Source: the human T2T-CHM13v2.0 reference genome, Homo sapiens. From it: DNA of 64,000 nucleotides. The DNA lies in assembly GCF_009914755.1 (NCBI RefSeq), contig NC_060930.1. One strand, given 5' to 3'. Made by a program: the position numbers and the translations under genes. A model generated the notes under the pieces. The model did not search any database and was not told the origin of the DNA. It saw only the letters and a program-made list of their open reading frames with translations. The stretch's first letter is position 1; every line of letters begins with the position of its first letter. Positions 27,808 to 41,095 of the stretch are shown here, one piece after another.

Positions 27808-27878
27808 AATTTTTTTAATAATTTCAACTTTTAGTTTAGATTCAGGGAGTATGTGTGCAGGCTTGTTATCTTGGCATA
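27808..27878 (-). mobile_element. Very short L1PA (PA15/16-like) 3' end
   Basis: atttcaacttttagtttagattcagggagtatgtgtgcagg is the antisense L1 terminus. Confidence 0.7.
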
Positions 27879-28009
27879 GTATTTGTGTAATTATATGTTT
27901 TTATTGTAGAACTGAAGTCTATACTTTTGTTGTTGTTCTTTGGAAGAAATTGAATAGTTGGAATTTTCAGAGCAAGCTTATAGAATTGATTTAGGTAATA
28001 CTCAAAAAT

Positions 28010-28180
28010 TAGAACAATGCAGGAGATTAACCTGTGAGATTTGTTTAAGCTGCAGATTTTGGGGTGCCATCTCTCATGATTCTAATCTGATATACCATGA
28101 GTGGAGCCAAAGAATCTACCTTTCCAGCAAGCACTCCCCAAAATTCTGATTTGGGTGGTCCGCATAACAGAGAAACACTA
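28010..28180. mobile_element. MER5A fragment
   Basis: tgcagattttggggtgcc...gattctaatc...ttctgatttgggtggtcc...gagaaacact. Confidence 0.55.
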
Positions 28181-29535
28181 TAAAAACACAGTCTTACAAA
28201 GATTAAAATTAAGGAAAAGAGAAGCCATTTTGTAGAATATATAAATGAAGAGTCTTGTTTTACTATATAATTTATTTTTATAATAAAGGGATGTTGTCAG
28301 AGTGCTGATTCCTTAAGCAGCAAAGCGGATGACACTGTGAAAAGTATGTATGTTCCAGGGCCAGAGTTTCTTTAAAGACCACTCCTGCCTGGGACTCAGT
28401 GGTCACTCGACTGTCATCATCCTGCCTTGTAACTCTTTGCCCTCCCCTCTAAATGGGAAAATCAAAAATAGCAGAACCTTTCTACCATCTGGAGACACTG
28501 AATATAAGGCAAAACAATCATGAAGTTGTTTTGTAAATCTAAATTGGTGTCATTAGATTCAACACTCGGAGAAGGCTTAGTTCTCTCCAATTTGTCAAAT
28601 GTAATACACCATAATCACAAGTGTGCAGACTTTAAAGTCAGACTCTAAACTAGATAACTGTAGCCTCTTAGAAGTCTTGAAGGGTAATGCTAGGTCACAG
28701 TCACGTTACATGTAAACTAACCCTGAAAGATATCTTAAAGCCTGTTAGAAAAAGAAATTTCACAGCTTTACTTGGCAGTTGTGTGCATTAGGGCTTGAAA
28801 TCTTTCAGCAGAATTCAGCGTTCCTACTCCAAGCTGTCTAAGCCACATTCTATAGCCTATGCTTGGGAAAAAGGCAAAAACTGCTCACCACGACTCACAC
28901 TATCCTTGCATAGACTGAAAAGTGTTAAGCTTTCTCTTGTTCTTGTTGTTGTCTTAATGCCAAATATAAAGCCAATTCCTTTGGCCTTCTCACATAAGGC
29001 CTCAAGAAATATACCATGTGTATGCATTTTATCCCTTGCTTTTTTCATTCTAGGCATTAAGATGTAATTTGATGGTGACAATGGCTGTTACTCGTGAAAT
29101 ATTTCTTTAAACTTTGCTTTGATTGTCAAGTAAATGTTCTTGCACACCTTTTTAAAGCCTACTAAAAATTTGTCAGGAAATTTCCTCATTAGTTTTATAG
29201 TGTAACTGTGGCAGACCAATTTCATCTCCCTGGTCCTCAGTTTCCATCCAATAAGGGACTTGAACTAGATGCTGCTGATTTTGTTCTTTATGAGCTCTTG
29301 AAATTATTTACTGTAGAAATCGGATGGGCTTAACCCAGAGTAATTCTATGGCAGTGAAGGACTCTTTTTTTTTTTAAATAATCTTCATTGGTTCCTTGCC
29401 CTTTTTGTTTTTTCTAACATCAGATACTCTCTTCTGATGATGAACTTAATCTCTTGTCAGGGAAAGGAAAGAGGAGGAGGGGAAGGAAGGAAGAGGGCAA
29501 AGGAGAGTAGGAGGGAGGGAGAGTAGAATGGAAAG

Positions 29536-30043
29536 CAGTGATCCCCAACCTTTTTGGCACCAGGGACCAGTTTTATGGAAGACAGTTTTTCCATGGACCA
29601 AGAGTGAGGGGGATCGTTTCAGAATGACTCAAGTGTATTACATTTATTGTGTGCTTTATTTCTGTTATTATTCTATTGTAACATAAAATGAAATAATTAT
29701 ACAACTCACCATAATGTAGGAACCCTGAGCTTGTTTTCCTGCAACTAGATGGTCCCATTTGGGGGTGATGGGAGACAGTGACAGATCATCAGGCATTAGA
29801 TTCTCATAAGGAGCATGCACCCTAGGACAGTTCACAATAGGGTTCACACTCCTAGGAGAATCTAATCCCACAGCTGATCTGACAGGAGACAGAGCTCAGG
29901 CAGTAATGTGAGCGATGGGGAACAGCTGTAAATACAGATGAAGCTTCATTCACTTGCCCACCACTCACCTCCTGCTGTGCAGCCTGGTTCCTAACAGACC
30001 ATGGACTGGTATCAGTCCATAGCCTGGGGGTTGGTGACACCTG
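29536..30043 (-). mobile_element. MER1A hAT-Charlie, full length
   Basis: TIRs cagtgatccccaacc / ggttggtgacacctg; 8-bp TSD atggaaag/atgggaag. Confidence 0.92.
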
Positions 30044-30098
30044 ATGGGAAGGAATAGAATGAGAAATAGAGAGGGGAGGAATAGAAAGAAGGAAAGAA

Positions 30099-30570
<472 letters not shown>

Positions 30571-31780
30571 TCACTCACTCTCCTGGTTTCTCCTGAAATA
30601 TTTGATGGCTGCATGCTGTTTCTTTGGATGTTCCTTTATTGAGCATTCATTTTCATTGACAGATTCAAATTTCATAGCCTTAATTGCCTGCATTAGTAGT
30701 CTGGTAAGATGTTTTTCTTTATCACTGTTCCACCTCTCTCAATGGAGAAACCTGGGGGCTTTGTTGGAGGCTGTGCGTGTGGAGTTCTCGGTGTAGCCTT
30801 TGAAGAATGCATCTTGATTTAAACCTCCTTGATGTTCCCATGGATTTAAAAAGATACTCAGATTGCAATTCCCTGTTGCAGGATATAGAAAAGGAGCTTC
30901 CTAATCTATGTGCTCTTCCTGACACAGTGGAAGCCTTTGTCAGGGATGGCAGGAGAGCTGAAGATTGCATGGACGGGAATGTCTGCAGATCTCAGCAATA
31001 TGCCACTTCCTGCTCGGCCTGTAGAGGGTTATGCCAGTGCCTTCTAACTTCAGGATGTTAAGAACTGATTCTGAAGGACAGCTTACTCTTTGGTATGAAA
31101 TCAATTAGAATTCCTCAAATAGGCTGACAGTTCCTATCACCTGCCATCAGGTGACCGTGTTTACTGAGAATTCTCGACATGAACCTCAGGAAACGTACAT
31201 GAATCAACATGCTGATGGACGAGCATGGGACCCCCCTGCTTCTCACCCAAGAAGGTCACTCTCTGACTGTGACTTGACTGCTGCAGCCCCGTTCTAAGTA
31301 TCTTCTCTGGGACAATCAGGCATTTGTTAGTTGACCTAATTCCCTGAGGACTCACGAAAGAAAACAAACTGGACCCCACATAGGCCCAGGTAGCCTCACA
31401 CATTCTTTCTATAACCAGTATTAGAAGCCAGAAAGAACTTCCTGGAAAAAGTTGCTCTTATGGGTGGAAAATTATTTCTTCTCTATTCTTACTGGTATTT
31501 TCCTCCTTTGGTTTCTAAAAACTAATGCTGCTATGATTTGTGTTGAAGGGTTGTATTTGTGTCCACATGCTCAATATTTGAAAACCTGGTTGCCTATTAT
31601 ACCGTAATCCAACAAAATAGATTCTATTAAGATCTTAAGATGTGGTAAATGTAAAGTTTCTTGTCTCAGCAAGAAGTATGCAATGAGGATTTTAGGTTTG
31701 GGGTTATATACACACACTTAAAAAGACTGTATTATTATTTAGTCAAGGTATACATTTTTCCCCTGGTAATCTATCTATTA

Positions 31781-32139
<359 letters not shown>

Positions 32140-33793
32140 TTATGAAAGCAAGAGTTATATGTCATCTACAAATATAGAGCCAGCTTCCAGGATATCACAT
32201 CAAAACATTACCTCTAAATATTTCATTGTTGTTTAAGGATTTTGCCAGGCAACTCCTATTTGCTTTAACGAACGTGACTTCCAATTCACCAACTGTGGAA
32301 AAGTCAGAGCTAGACAGTGTGAAATGCTACATTGATTAAACAGAATGCCAGTCAAGGCTATGATTCTTTTTCTACATACTTTATGATGTTATTTTGTCTA
32401 GTCTTTTATTTCCTTGTGGTCCTCAGCTACATTGATTGCCAAACGGCTTTAATCAGTTATCTCCTTCATTCAAAACTCTGTGTCCAAACAAGTTTGAAAG
32501 GAAGCAGAGTGTCCATTTTTTTCTCTTTCAGAATGTGAAGGTACCATTATGGTATAAAGAAAGTAAACTGTGCTTCTTAAATTGCGCATCATGTGTCTTG
32601 ATTAAAATATATACCGAGATCTTTGTAACCTCCCCACCCACCACCTCAGAGCCCAGTAATGAAAACTTAGCCAATTACAACACACAGAGCATTTTTAATT
32701 AGAGAGCCTTATATATTGCAGAAGTAAATTTAGGTTTCCTATACCGTTTATATTCTCCTTGTTCTTAGATAAAGCAAGACAGCTAAATATATTTTTTTAG
32801 TTCCAATATGGGAAAAGTTTGGGGATAACAATATTAGCCTTAGGGCTATACATAGTCTTGATTTTAAAAAACTATATCTTGAATATAACTTAAGTCAAAT
32901 AAATTCTTCAATTTGGAAAATATATTAAGAATCTCCCTTTTTAAATTAAATATGGTAATTACTACTAAGATTAAATACTTCATATTTTTGTGAGTAGAGT
33001 ACCTACAATTATAGAAACATTATGATTCTAATTCTGGTTATAATTTAACAGGAAGTCATCATCCAATATTATCAATTTAATGTCTTTTATGCATAATAGT
33101 TTCTGAAACAGTTTCCATCATTTTAGCAATGGTGTTATATTGGTACCACATTTCTAATTCACTAAGCAAATAACCTATATGGCTTCTTTTTTCACATTTT
33201 TAAATGAAATACTTAGGTTAGATGCTCTCTGATGTCCATTTCAGCCCTAAAATTTTATGATTTTGTGTTCTGTGAGATAAGCCATCTTGTCTTTTGTATG
33301 ATCCTACCTGCTAACTCATATGTAGCCCTTTCCCTCATTTCCAATAGAAAACATCAAACTTATTTTATAGATGGGATAGTTTTTTTTCAAATCTAGTGAA
33401 ATGAAGAAGGAATCAACTGAAATTTAAGCAGAAGAGAATAACATTTAAAATAAACTTCTAACTTAGAAGAAATTTGAATCTTCTTCTCTGATATTTTGCT
33501 CCTAGAATGATGTAGTTGTGGTTATTTCTAGAACACAAGTGTCCATATTATATTATATCTCATGGTCTGACCCAAGCAGTCATGTGGAATATAATGATTC
33601 CAGTGAAGTGATGCCATGAAATACATAAGGCAACTGTTCTTTAACACTTTCATTGATATAAATACTATGCTCCTCCATTTGGGCATTCTGTCTAAGACAC
33701 CATAAGAGGATAGAATCAAGTTATAAGAATATATAGTTTTTCTTCTATAGTGATATAGAAGATATAGTTTAGATAGTGATATAGAAGATATAG

Positions 33794-35737
33794 TGATATA
33801 GTTTGGCTCTGTGTCCCCACCCAAATCTCATCTCAAATTGGAATCCCCACATATCAAGGGAGGGACCTGGCAGGAGGTGATGGGATCATGGGGGCAGTTT
33901 CCCTCATGCTGTTCTTATGATATTGAGGGAGGTCTCATGAAATCTGATGATTTAAACATGGCAGTTTCCCCTGCTCTCTCTCTCTCTCTCCTGCTGCCAT
34001 GTATAACATACCTTGCTTCCCTTTCACCCTCTGTCATGATTGTAAGTTTCCTGAGGCCTCCCCAGCCATGAAAAACTGTGAGTCAATTAAACCTCTTTCC
34101 TTTGTAAATTTCCCAGCCTCAGGTCCTTCTTTATGGCAGTGTGAAAATGGACAAGTACATAAAAATTGGCAATGGGAGGAGGGCACTGCTATAAAGATAA
34201 CCTGCAGATGTGGATGCAACTTTGGAATTGGGTAATGGGCAGAGGTTGGAACAGTTTGGTGGGCTCAGAAGAAGATAAGAAGATGTGGGAAAGTTTGGAA
34301 CTTCCTAGAGACTTTTTCAATGGTTTTGATCAAAATGCTGATAGTGATATGGACAATAAAGTCCAGGCTGAGGTTGTCTCAGATGGAAATGAGGAACTTA
34401 CTGGGAACTAAACTCTGTGCAGCCTTGATACTTAGTGCCCTGTATCCCAGCCACTCCCAGCTCCAGCTGTGGCTAAAAGGGGCCAAGGTACAACTTGGCC
34501 TATTGCTTCAGAGGGTGCAAGCCTCAAGCCTTGGTGGCTTCCACTTGGTGTTGGGCCTGTGGGTGTGCAGAAGACAAGAGTTGAGCTTTGGAAGCCTCCA
34601 CCTAGATGTCAGAGGATGTATGAAAATGCCTGAATGTCCAGGCAGAAGTCTGCTGCAGGGGTGGAGCCCTCATGAAGAACCTCTACTAGGACAATGCAGA
34701 GGGGAAATGTGGGGTTGGAGCCCCCACACAGAGTCCCCACTGGGGCATTGCCTAGTGAATCTGTGAGAAGAGGGCCACCATACTCCAGAAACCAGAATGG
34801 TAGATCCACCAACAGCTTGCACTGTGTGCCTGGAAATGCTGCAGGCACTTAATACCACCCTATGAAAGTAGCCACAGGGTCTGTACCCTGCAGAGCCATA
34901 GGGGCAGAGCTTCCCAAGGCCTTGGGAGCCCACCCCTTGCATCAGCATGCCCTGGATGTGAGACATGGAGTCAAAGGAGATTATTTTGGAGCTTTAAGGT
35001 TTTTTTTAAATTTTTTAATTTTTCTTTTAAGTCAGAAGTGGGACTTGAAGAAGCTTTAAGATTTAATGAGTGCCCTGCCAAGTTTTGAACTTGCACAGGG
35101 CCTGTGGACCCTTTGTTTTGGCCAATTTCTCCCATTTGGAATGGGAACATTTACCCAATGCCTATAGCCCCATTGTATCTTGGACGTAACTAACTTGTTT
35201 TTTATTTTACCAGGCTCATAGGCAGAAGGGATTTGCCCTGTCTTAGATGAGACTTTGGACTTGCACTTTTGAGTTAATGCTGGAATGAGCTGAGACTTTG
35301 GGGGACTGTTGGGAAGGAACGATTGGTTTTGAAATGTAAAAAGACATGAGATTTGAGAGGGGTCATGGGTGGAATGGTATGGTATGGCTCTGTGTCCCCA
35401 ACCAAGTCTCATCTCAAATTGTAATCCCCATGTGTTGAGGGAGGCACCTCGTAGGAAGTGATTGGATCATGGGGGCAGTTCCCCGCACTGCTGTTCTTGT
35501 GATAGTGAGGGAAGTCTCATGAGATCTGATGGTTTAAAAGTGGCAGTTTCCCCTGTACTCACTCTCTCTCCTGCCACCATGTAAGACGTGCCTTCCCTTC
35601 CCCTTCACCTTCCACCATGATTATAAGTTTCCTGAGGCCTCCCTGGCCATGTGGAACTGAGTCTACTAAACCTCTTCCTTTGTAAATTACCCAGTCTCAG
35701 GTCATTCTTCATAGCAGTGTGAAAATTGACTAATAAA
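33794..35737 (+). mobile_element. THE1D-like MaLR provirus: 5'LTR 33794-34159, internal 34160-35374, 3'LTR 35375-35737
   Basis: Two direct LTRs; THE1/MST-int motifs (gcaactttggaattgggtaatgggcagagg; gatgagactttggac); TSD tatag/aatag. Confidence 0.93.
35003..35049 (-). pseudogene. Short A-tailed retro-insert, body similar to tRNA-Leu 3' end
   Basis: Minus strand TTCAAGTCCCACTTCTGAC plus A-rich tail; flanked by duplicated agctttaag (34990-34998/35052-35060). Confidence 0.5.
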
Positions 35738-37799
35738 AATAGCTAAGCTAAAAATGTGCCAGGCACTATTCTGAAATTCTGATAATGGTTCTTACCTCAG
35801 TACTCATGTCATTCCCATGGAAAGGAAAGGAAAGTGGAAAAGTGTGATGCAGGTAAAAGCATCTGCACCCTCTAGCATTGTGATAGGAAGATCTTTCTTT
35901 AGAGACTGATTTTTACTTAGTTCATTCATTCATTTTATTTATAGCACTAACTGGTGGAGCTGCCCTCTGATTCCTCACTGGTCACTTCCTAGCTCACCCC
36001 CCTACACTAGTCCTCCCAGGAAAATTGAGCTGCACCAAGCCAGTGCCTGAGGTTCTTACTGCATCACCTTTCCCTCTGTGCAGATTGTCTGTGACATTCT
36101 GATGTGCATTTTGCATAATTACCCTTTGCAGTTTCCTAGGGAGAGGTCCCATATGAAGTGAAAGTAGAAACTGATTTTCTCCTTGGATTTCTGTGCTCCA
36201 GGGGAACTTCACCTTGAGCCATTTTTAAATTAGGCAACCTTATTCTAGGAGTTTCCAAAATTCTCCTTTTTGGTGTGACTGACATTATTCAGGGCCCTCA
36301 GAGTGGACCGCAGCGCTTAACACATAGACTTCGGCAAAGATTCCCTGCTGACTCCATTGACCCATTCAAGACCTAGCAATTTCCTTGCCAGCCAGGTTCT
36401 TTCTAAGTGGACAGCCACTCATACCCAAGAGGAGGTTTGCATGGAAGGCACTGTCCCCCAGGGATTAGTATCAAGCTATCATAGCACAAAATTTTTTGCA
36501 ATCTAGATGAATTGAATCAAGACCAAAAGAAAAGCCTTTTTCCTAATTCTTTAGATTATTTATGACCTCCTTCCTCATCACCACCCCCAATTCTTATCCT
36601 TTAATTCTGAAACTGACTTAAATAACAGATTGTCTGTCATAAGCATTTCCATAAGGTTAAGATGAAGCATTTAACAAGTATTTCATTAGAGTGAATAAAA
36701 AAGTAAGACTGAGAGATTCCAGTAAAAGTTTGTTACATAATTTTAAATGGTTTAGAATAACGTCACAATATCCTGCTTAAAAAAAGATCAGTCCTTTGTG
36801 GAAGATGTTATTAGTGAAGTCCTTGAAACAAGTGTTGGAAAATGGCCTTTTCATTACTTCAGAGGCAATATTAAAGGGCCATGAAACTCAGAGCTCCTGG
36901 TTTTATCACAGACATTTTTATGTCAGGATTTAAACATTTTCCTACTCGACATTCCTCTAACAACTGTAGTTTTATAGGAAAGAATTGTTATAATTGGCCT
37001 GGATCATAGTATGATTATTAAATGATAGGCATCAATTAAACTTATATTTAAATTGAAGATATTCACAGCAGATAAGAGGAAAGTGTGATTATCATTAAAT
37101 GCATAAAATGTATAATCGGCTTTGGGAGTACACTTTAAACCTATTAAGAGGATAAAATGTGATTATTTGTTGGAATATAAACTGTCACAAAAATTCTTCT
37201 GCCTATTTTCCCCCTGCTCACTGTCACTAAGCAGAAATAAGATGTTTTATACATGTTTTCCTTAATTTTAATATGATTATGGGGGTGCTTTATGTAGATT
37301 ATCATGTTGAGGCTGTTAGCATTTAGCAATAAGAAAAAACACAGAGAGGAAGAATGCTGGAGACAGTAACACAGAATTGCGCCTGTGAACCAGAGTTGCT
37401 AACACACTTGGGTTCCCCAGAGTTAACCATTTCATTTCCAGAATTTTGCCATGCAATATTTTTATAACGTTGATGTGAATGCAATAATGTAACAACCATG
37501 AGCTGATTAAGCACTTAGGAGCTCAGCAATTTTGTGTATTCATTGCTTTTAAGTTTAAAGTATTATTTGTTTACCTGCTGGGGATCAGAAGGACTCAAAG
37601 AAAAAAAAAAGATTTACAGATTTTAATACCAATACTTGCTTAAAGCAAACAAATAAAAAATTCGCTAAATCCACCAAATGATTATCTCATCACATTCATA
37701 CATTTTTCACTTGAAAATAGAAAAGTTCTTCATTGATGTTCCGTGTCTTTACATCCACACCTAAAATATGAGCAAATGACTTTTTTTTCTATTTCTCTA

Positions 37800-40003
37800 A
37801 TATATTCCTTGGTGGCCATCCCAGGCATTGATAAGTGTTTCTTGGGGTTGACCCAACTTAGGCTACTGGGTAGCGAGCCTGAGTCAATGATCAAGGCAGT
37901 CTCCCACTTCTTGCCATAGTGACTGCCCAGAGGTGATTGTGTGATGTAATTTTATTTAATTAGAGTGAAACTCTGAATTCTTGTTCAATGTTAAAGAGAG
38001 AAATGTTACCCATACCCCTCTAATCACACCACACGTGTTCTGGAGAGAGGTGTGTATTTTGGGTTCTAGCTGCAGCAATTTGATGATTCCAAGAGAAGCC
38101 CAGCTTGAAGATGAGGCTGATCCATAAAGAATGAAGGAGAAGAGAGAAATGTAGGGGAATGGAAGAACTGGACCTCTAGCTGAAGTGCACCCACCTCCCC
38201 AACATTTTAGTTTCAGTTACATGAGCCATTTAAGGTCCTTCATGACTTAGCTTGATTGTAGTGGTGTTGTATTACTTATAAACAAAAGCCTCCTACCAGA
38301 TACAGAATTTGGTACTAACAGGAATGGTGTTTTGCACACAACATATCCTAAAATGTTGAAATAAACTGCATCTAGGTCAGCAGAGCGATAGGGAAAAATC
38401 CTCTATGGTCAGAATTTGGTAAATCTTTTTATAAAATCACAAAATAATTGGCTAATTATGATTTCCTGTTGTACCTTACAAGAAAGTTCAAGTGCCAACA
38501 AGATTGTAGCATTTGGTGATTTCACAGGAAAATAAATATAGCTTTCACTAAAGTCCTTCAACAGAAAGACAAATTTGGTCTGAAACTAACCAAACAAAGA
38601 AAAGAAGAAAGACAATATAGCTTTTCTGAGACAGACACTCTCAACAAATGGTTTTTCTTCCTAAATGGGTAAAAGCTGGGTTATCTGTAGACAGACAGGT
38701 TGAAAAAAATCATATTCTCTGCCCCAAGGTAAGGTAAATTGGAACAAAAGCAGGGAGGTAGGAGCCATCACAGGAGATAAAGCTGATATCTGGGAAGAAC
38801 CTAATCCTTCGTTCTTTCCCAGCAACTAAAATCCCTAAAGACTCCCCAAGACAAAAGTTTGGCTATTGTTCACCCCTAGGGCAATCTCCAAGCTCTTATA
38901 ATCACATATATTGACCCCCAGGGTGATGAAGACCCAGAAAGAAAGTTCTACCCCATGTCCATCTTTGATGTAACCCTGCACTACAAAGGATAAAGAAGAT
39001 CCTCCCAGAGAGTAGGACTAAGGTCTACAAGACTGGCCAGCTAAATCATTCACTCCTCCTGCAAAACAAGGATCACTCCATGTTTCTGTCCAGCAGGATA
39101 TGAAATGCGCTATGGACCAATGGGCACTCTGTGTTGCTTCTTATTGTTTTTTAAAATGGAAATTTGTATTGTAGCTTGTCATTCTCTCTCCACCATTGTA
39201 TGTATGTTGAAGAGTGTAAATGATGGGTAATGTACCATTTATTGACTTGTTATTGGCCATTAGGAGTTATGTCAGAATTTGATTAAGAAAGAATTTCACT
39301 CAGAAATCCTGCGCTTGAGATAACTGTAAGATGATTTGGTTGTCTCCCGTTAGAGAGTGGTTCTCAACTTGGATTGCACAACTGAACCACCTGGGAAATT
39401 TAAAAAATTTCTATGGCCAGGCTGCATCCCAGGTTAATTAAATAAGAATCCCTGGGAGCTGAGCTCAGGCATCAGGTGATCCCAGCATGCAGCCTAGTGG
39501 TGAACCACAGCTTTCATTTAGAGGTTGAGATTTGGGGAGCTTGATACAGGGAGGAGGATATGGATGGAAATTGATTAGCAAAAGATTGCAGTCATCTTTT
39601 TTCTCATTCCTCAAATCATTTCACCTCTCTCCCTTTGGGTACACTCTTCATTGGCTCCATCCTAGCTTCTGTCAGTCATAGGAATACACATACCTTGCCA
39701 CAGGTATTGATTCAGAAGAGGGTATTTGACCTAATATATTCCAATTAAAGTAAAACTTTGAATTTTTTTAGCAGCTGGGAAAGAAAATATGAAAAAAGAT
39801 ATATAATGCTGATTGTCACTAGACACAATATTCGGAGGAGAACAGACCCTGCAGGACAGCAGAGAAAGGGTGCTAGAGCCCAGAATATACCATGTCTGAA
39901 ACCTACCCTATCTCTGAATGGAGCCAGCCAGCTCCTTTTCTTGACTAGAACAGTTTGAAGTAGGTTTTCTCTTACATGTATCTGAAAGCATTCTAACTCA
40001 TAG
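37800..40003 (+). mobile_element. Ancient MLT1J/K-type provirus: LTR ~37800-38304, internal ~38305-39570, LTR ~39580-40003
   Basis: First LTR ends cagataca then gaatttggtact (MLT-int start); both LTRs share cttgcca(t/c)ag..tgattc/gactgcc block; second ends gaaagcattctaactcata. Confidence 0.65.
39355..39510. mobile_element. MER5A inside MLT1 internal region
   Basis: agtggttctcaacttggattgcac...cacctgggaa...ggtgaaccacag. Confidence 0.75.
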
Positions 40004-40007
40004 GCCC

Positions 40008-40407
40008 TGCAGTGCACATGGTCAAATCTCTGCTCAGATACCTAGATTCCTTTTTCTATTTTTGTTCCTCATTCCTTATACCCATTTTGCTTCCAGTGGG
40101 CTGTACCCATGACACTCCTCAGGGACCTGCTTGTTTGCTCAAAGAGCCAGAAGTGCCTTGAATTTACATTCTCCCCAGGGCAGGCCTTAGCTAACCACCT
40201 TCTGGTACATGAGTATGAAGCCCTGCTTCCCTGCCAAGCGAGACAAATCCTGAGCCACATTTTACACCATAGAGCTCACCTGTGAGATCTGCACCTTGGG
40301 TTGGCTTCTTCCATTCCTTATTCAACGTCTCAGACTTGCTTCTCAGTTTCTCCTGGGAGCACTTTCTTAACAAATGACTTGAGTTCAGATTCTCAAACTA
40401 AGGCACA
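40008..40407 (+). mobile_element. LTR16-type (LTR16C-like) ERVL LTR
   Basis: gccagaagtgccttgaatttaca; gtttctcctgggagcactttcttaacaaat. Confidence 0.65.
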
Positions 40408-40527
40408 TGCTAATCCCCACTGGGTGCTGAGTCCTATTTAAAGCACGTGGTGTTGGACTAATAAATGTAACTGAGCAACTCAGCAGCCAATCATCATTTC
40501 TGAAAACTTTGACTCATGAAGTGTCTC

Positions 40528-40892
40528 TGTATTAGCCTGTTCTCACGCTGCTAATAAAGACACACCCGAGACTGGCTAATTTATAAAGGAAAGAGGTTTA
40601 ATTGACTCGCAGTTCCACATGGCTGAGGAGGCCTCACAATCACGGCAGAAGGCAAAGGAAGAGCAAAATCACATCTTACATGGTGACAGGCAGAAAGAGC
40701 TTGTGTAAGGGAACTCCCCTTTATAAGACCATCAGTTCTCGTGAGACTTATTCACTATCACGAGAACAGCACGGGAAATACTTGGCCCCATGATTCAATT
40801 ACCTCCCACCAGGTCCCTCTCATGACACGTGGAAATCACAGGAGCTACAATTCAAGAAGAGATTTGGGTGGGGACAGAGTCAAACCATATCA
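40528..40892 (-). mobile_element. THE1B/C solo LTR
   Basis: Termini intact; perfect TSD GTCTC (40523-40527/40893-40897). Confidence 0.95.
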
Positions 40893-40949
40893 GTCTCTTA
40901 TTTTATATTTTCAGTGCAATACCAAAAGATAAGACGCATGGTCGAATCT

Positions 40950-41095
40950 AATTTTTTAGAGCTAAAGTCCAGAAAGATCATCTGGCAAACCAGTCATGTT
41001 ACATGTAAAGAAACGGAAGTCTAGTGAAACTACATAACTTACTCCAATCTCCTTGGCTGCTTAATGGCAAGGCCAGGGTTTGAAATCAGTGCTTT
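40950..41095 (-). mobile_element. MIR fragment
   Basis: ttacatgtaaagaaacggaag...taatggcaaggccagggtttgaa. Confidence 0.5.

Noticed and set aside
30807-31061. 84-aa protein-like ORF with an internal acceptor (ttgcag, 30881)
   Set aside because: No family recognised and no donor before the stop
36732-36768. D-box (ATTATGTAAC) plus CRE-like site; several partial CTCF-like matches elsewhere (11571, 35947, 43283, 62828)
   Set aside because: Single short or poorly matching motifs are expected by chance
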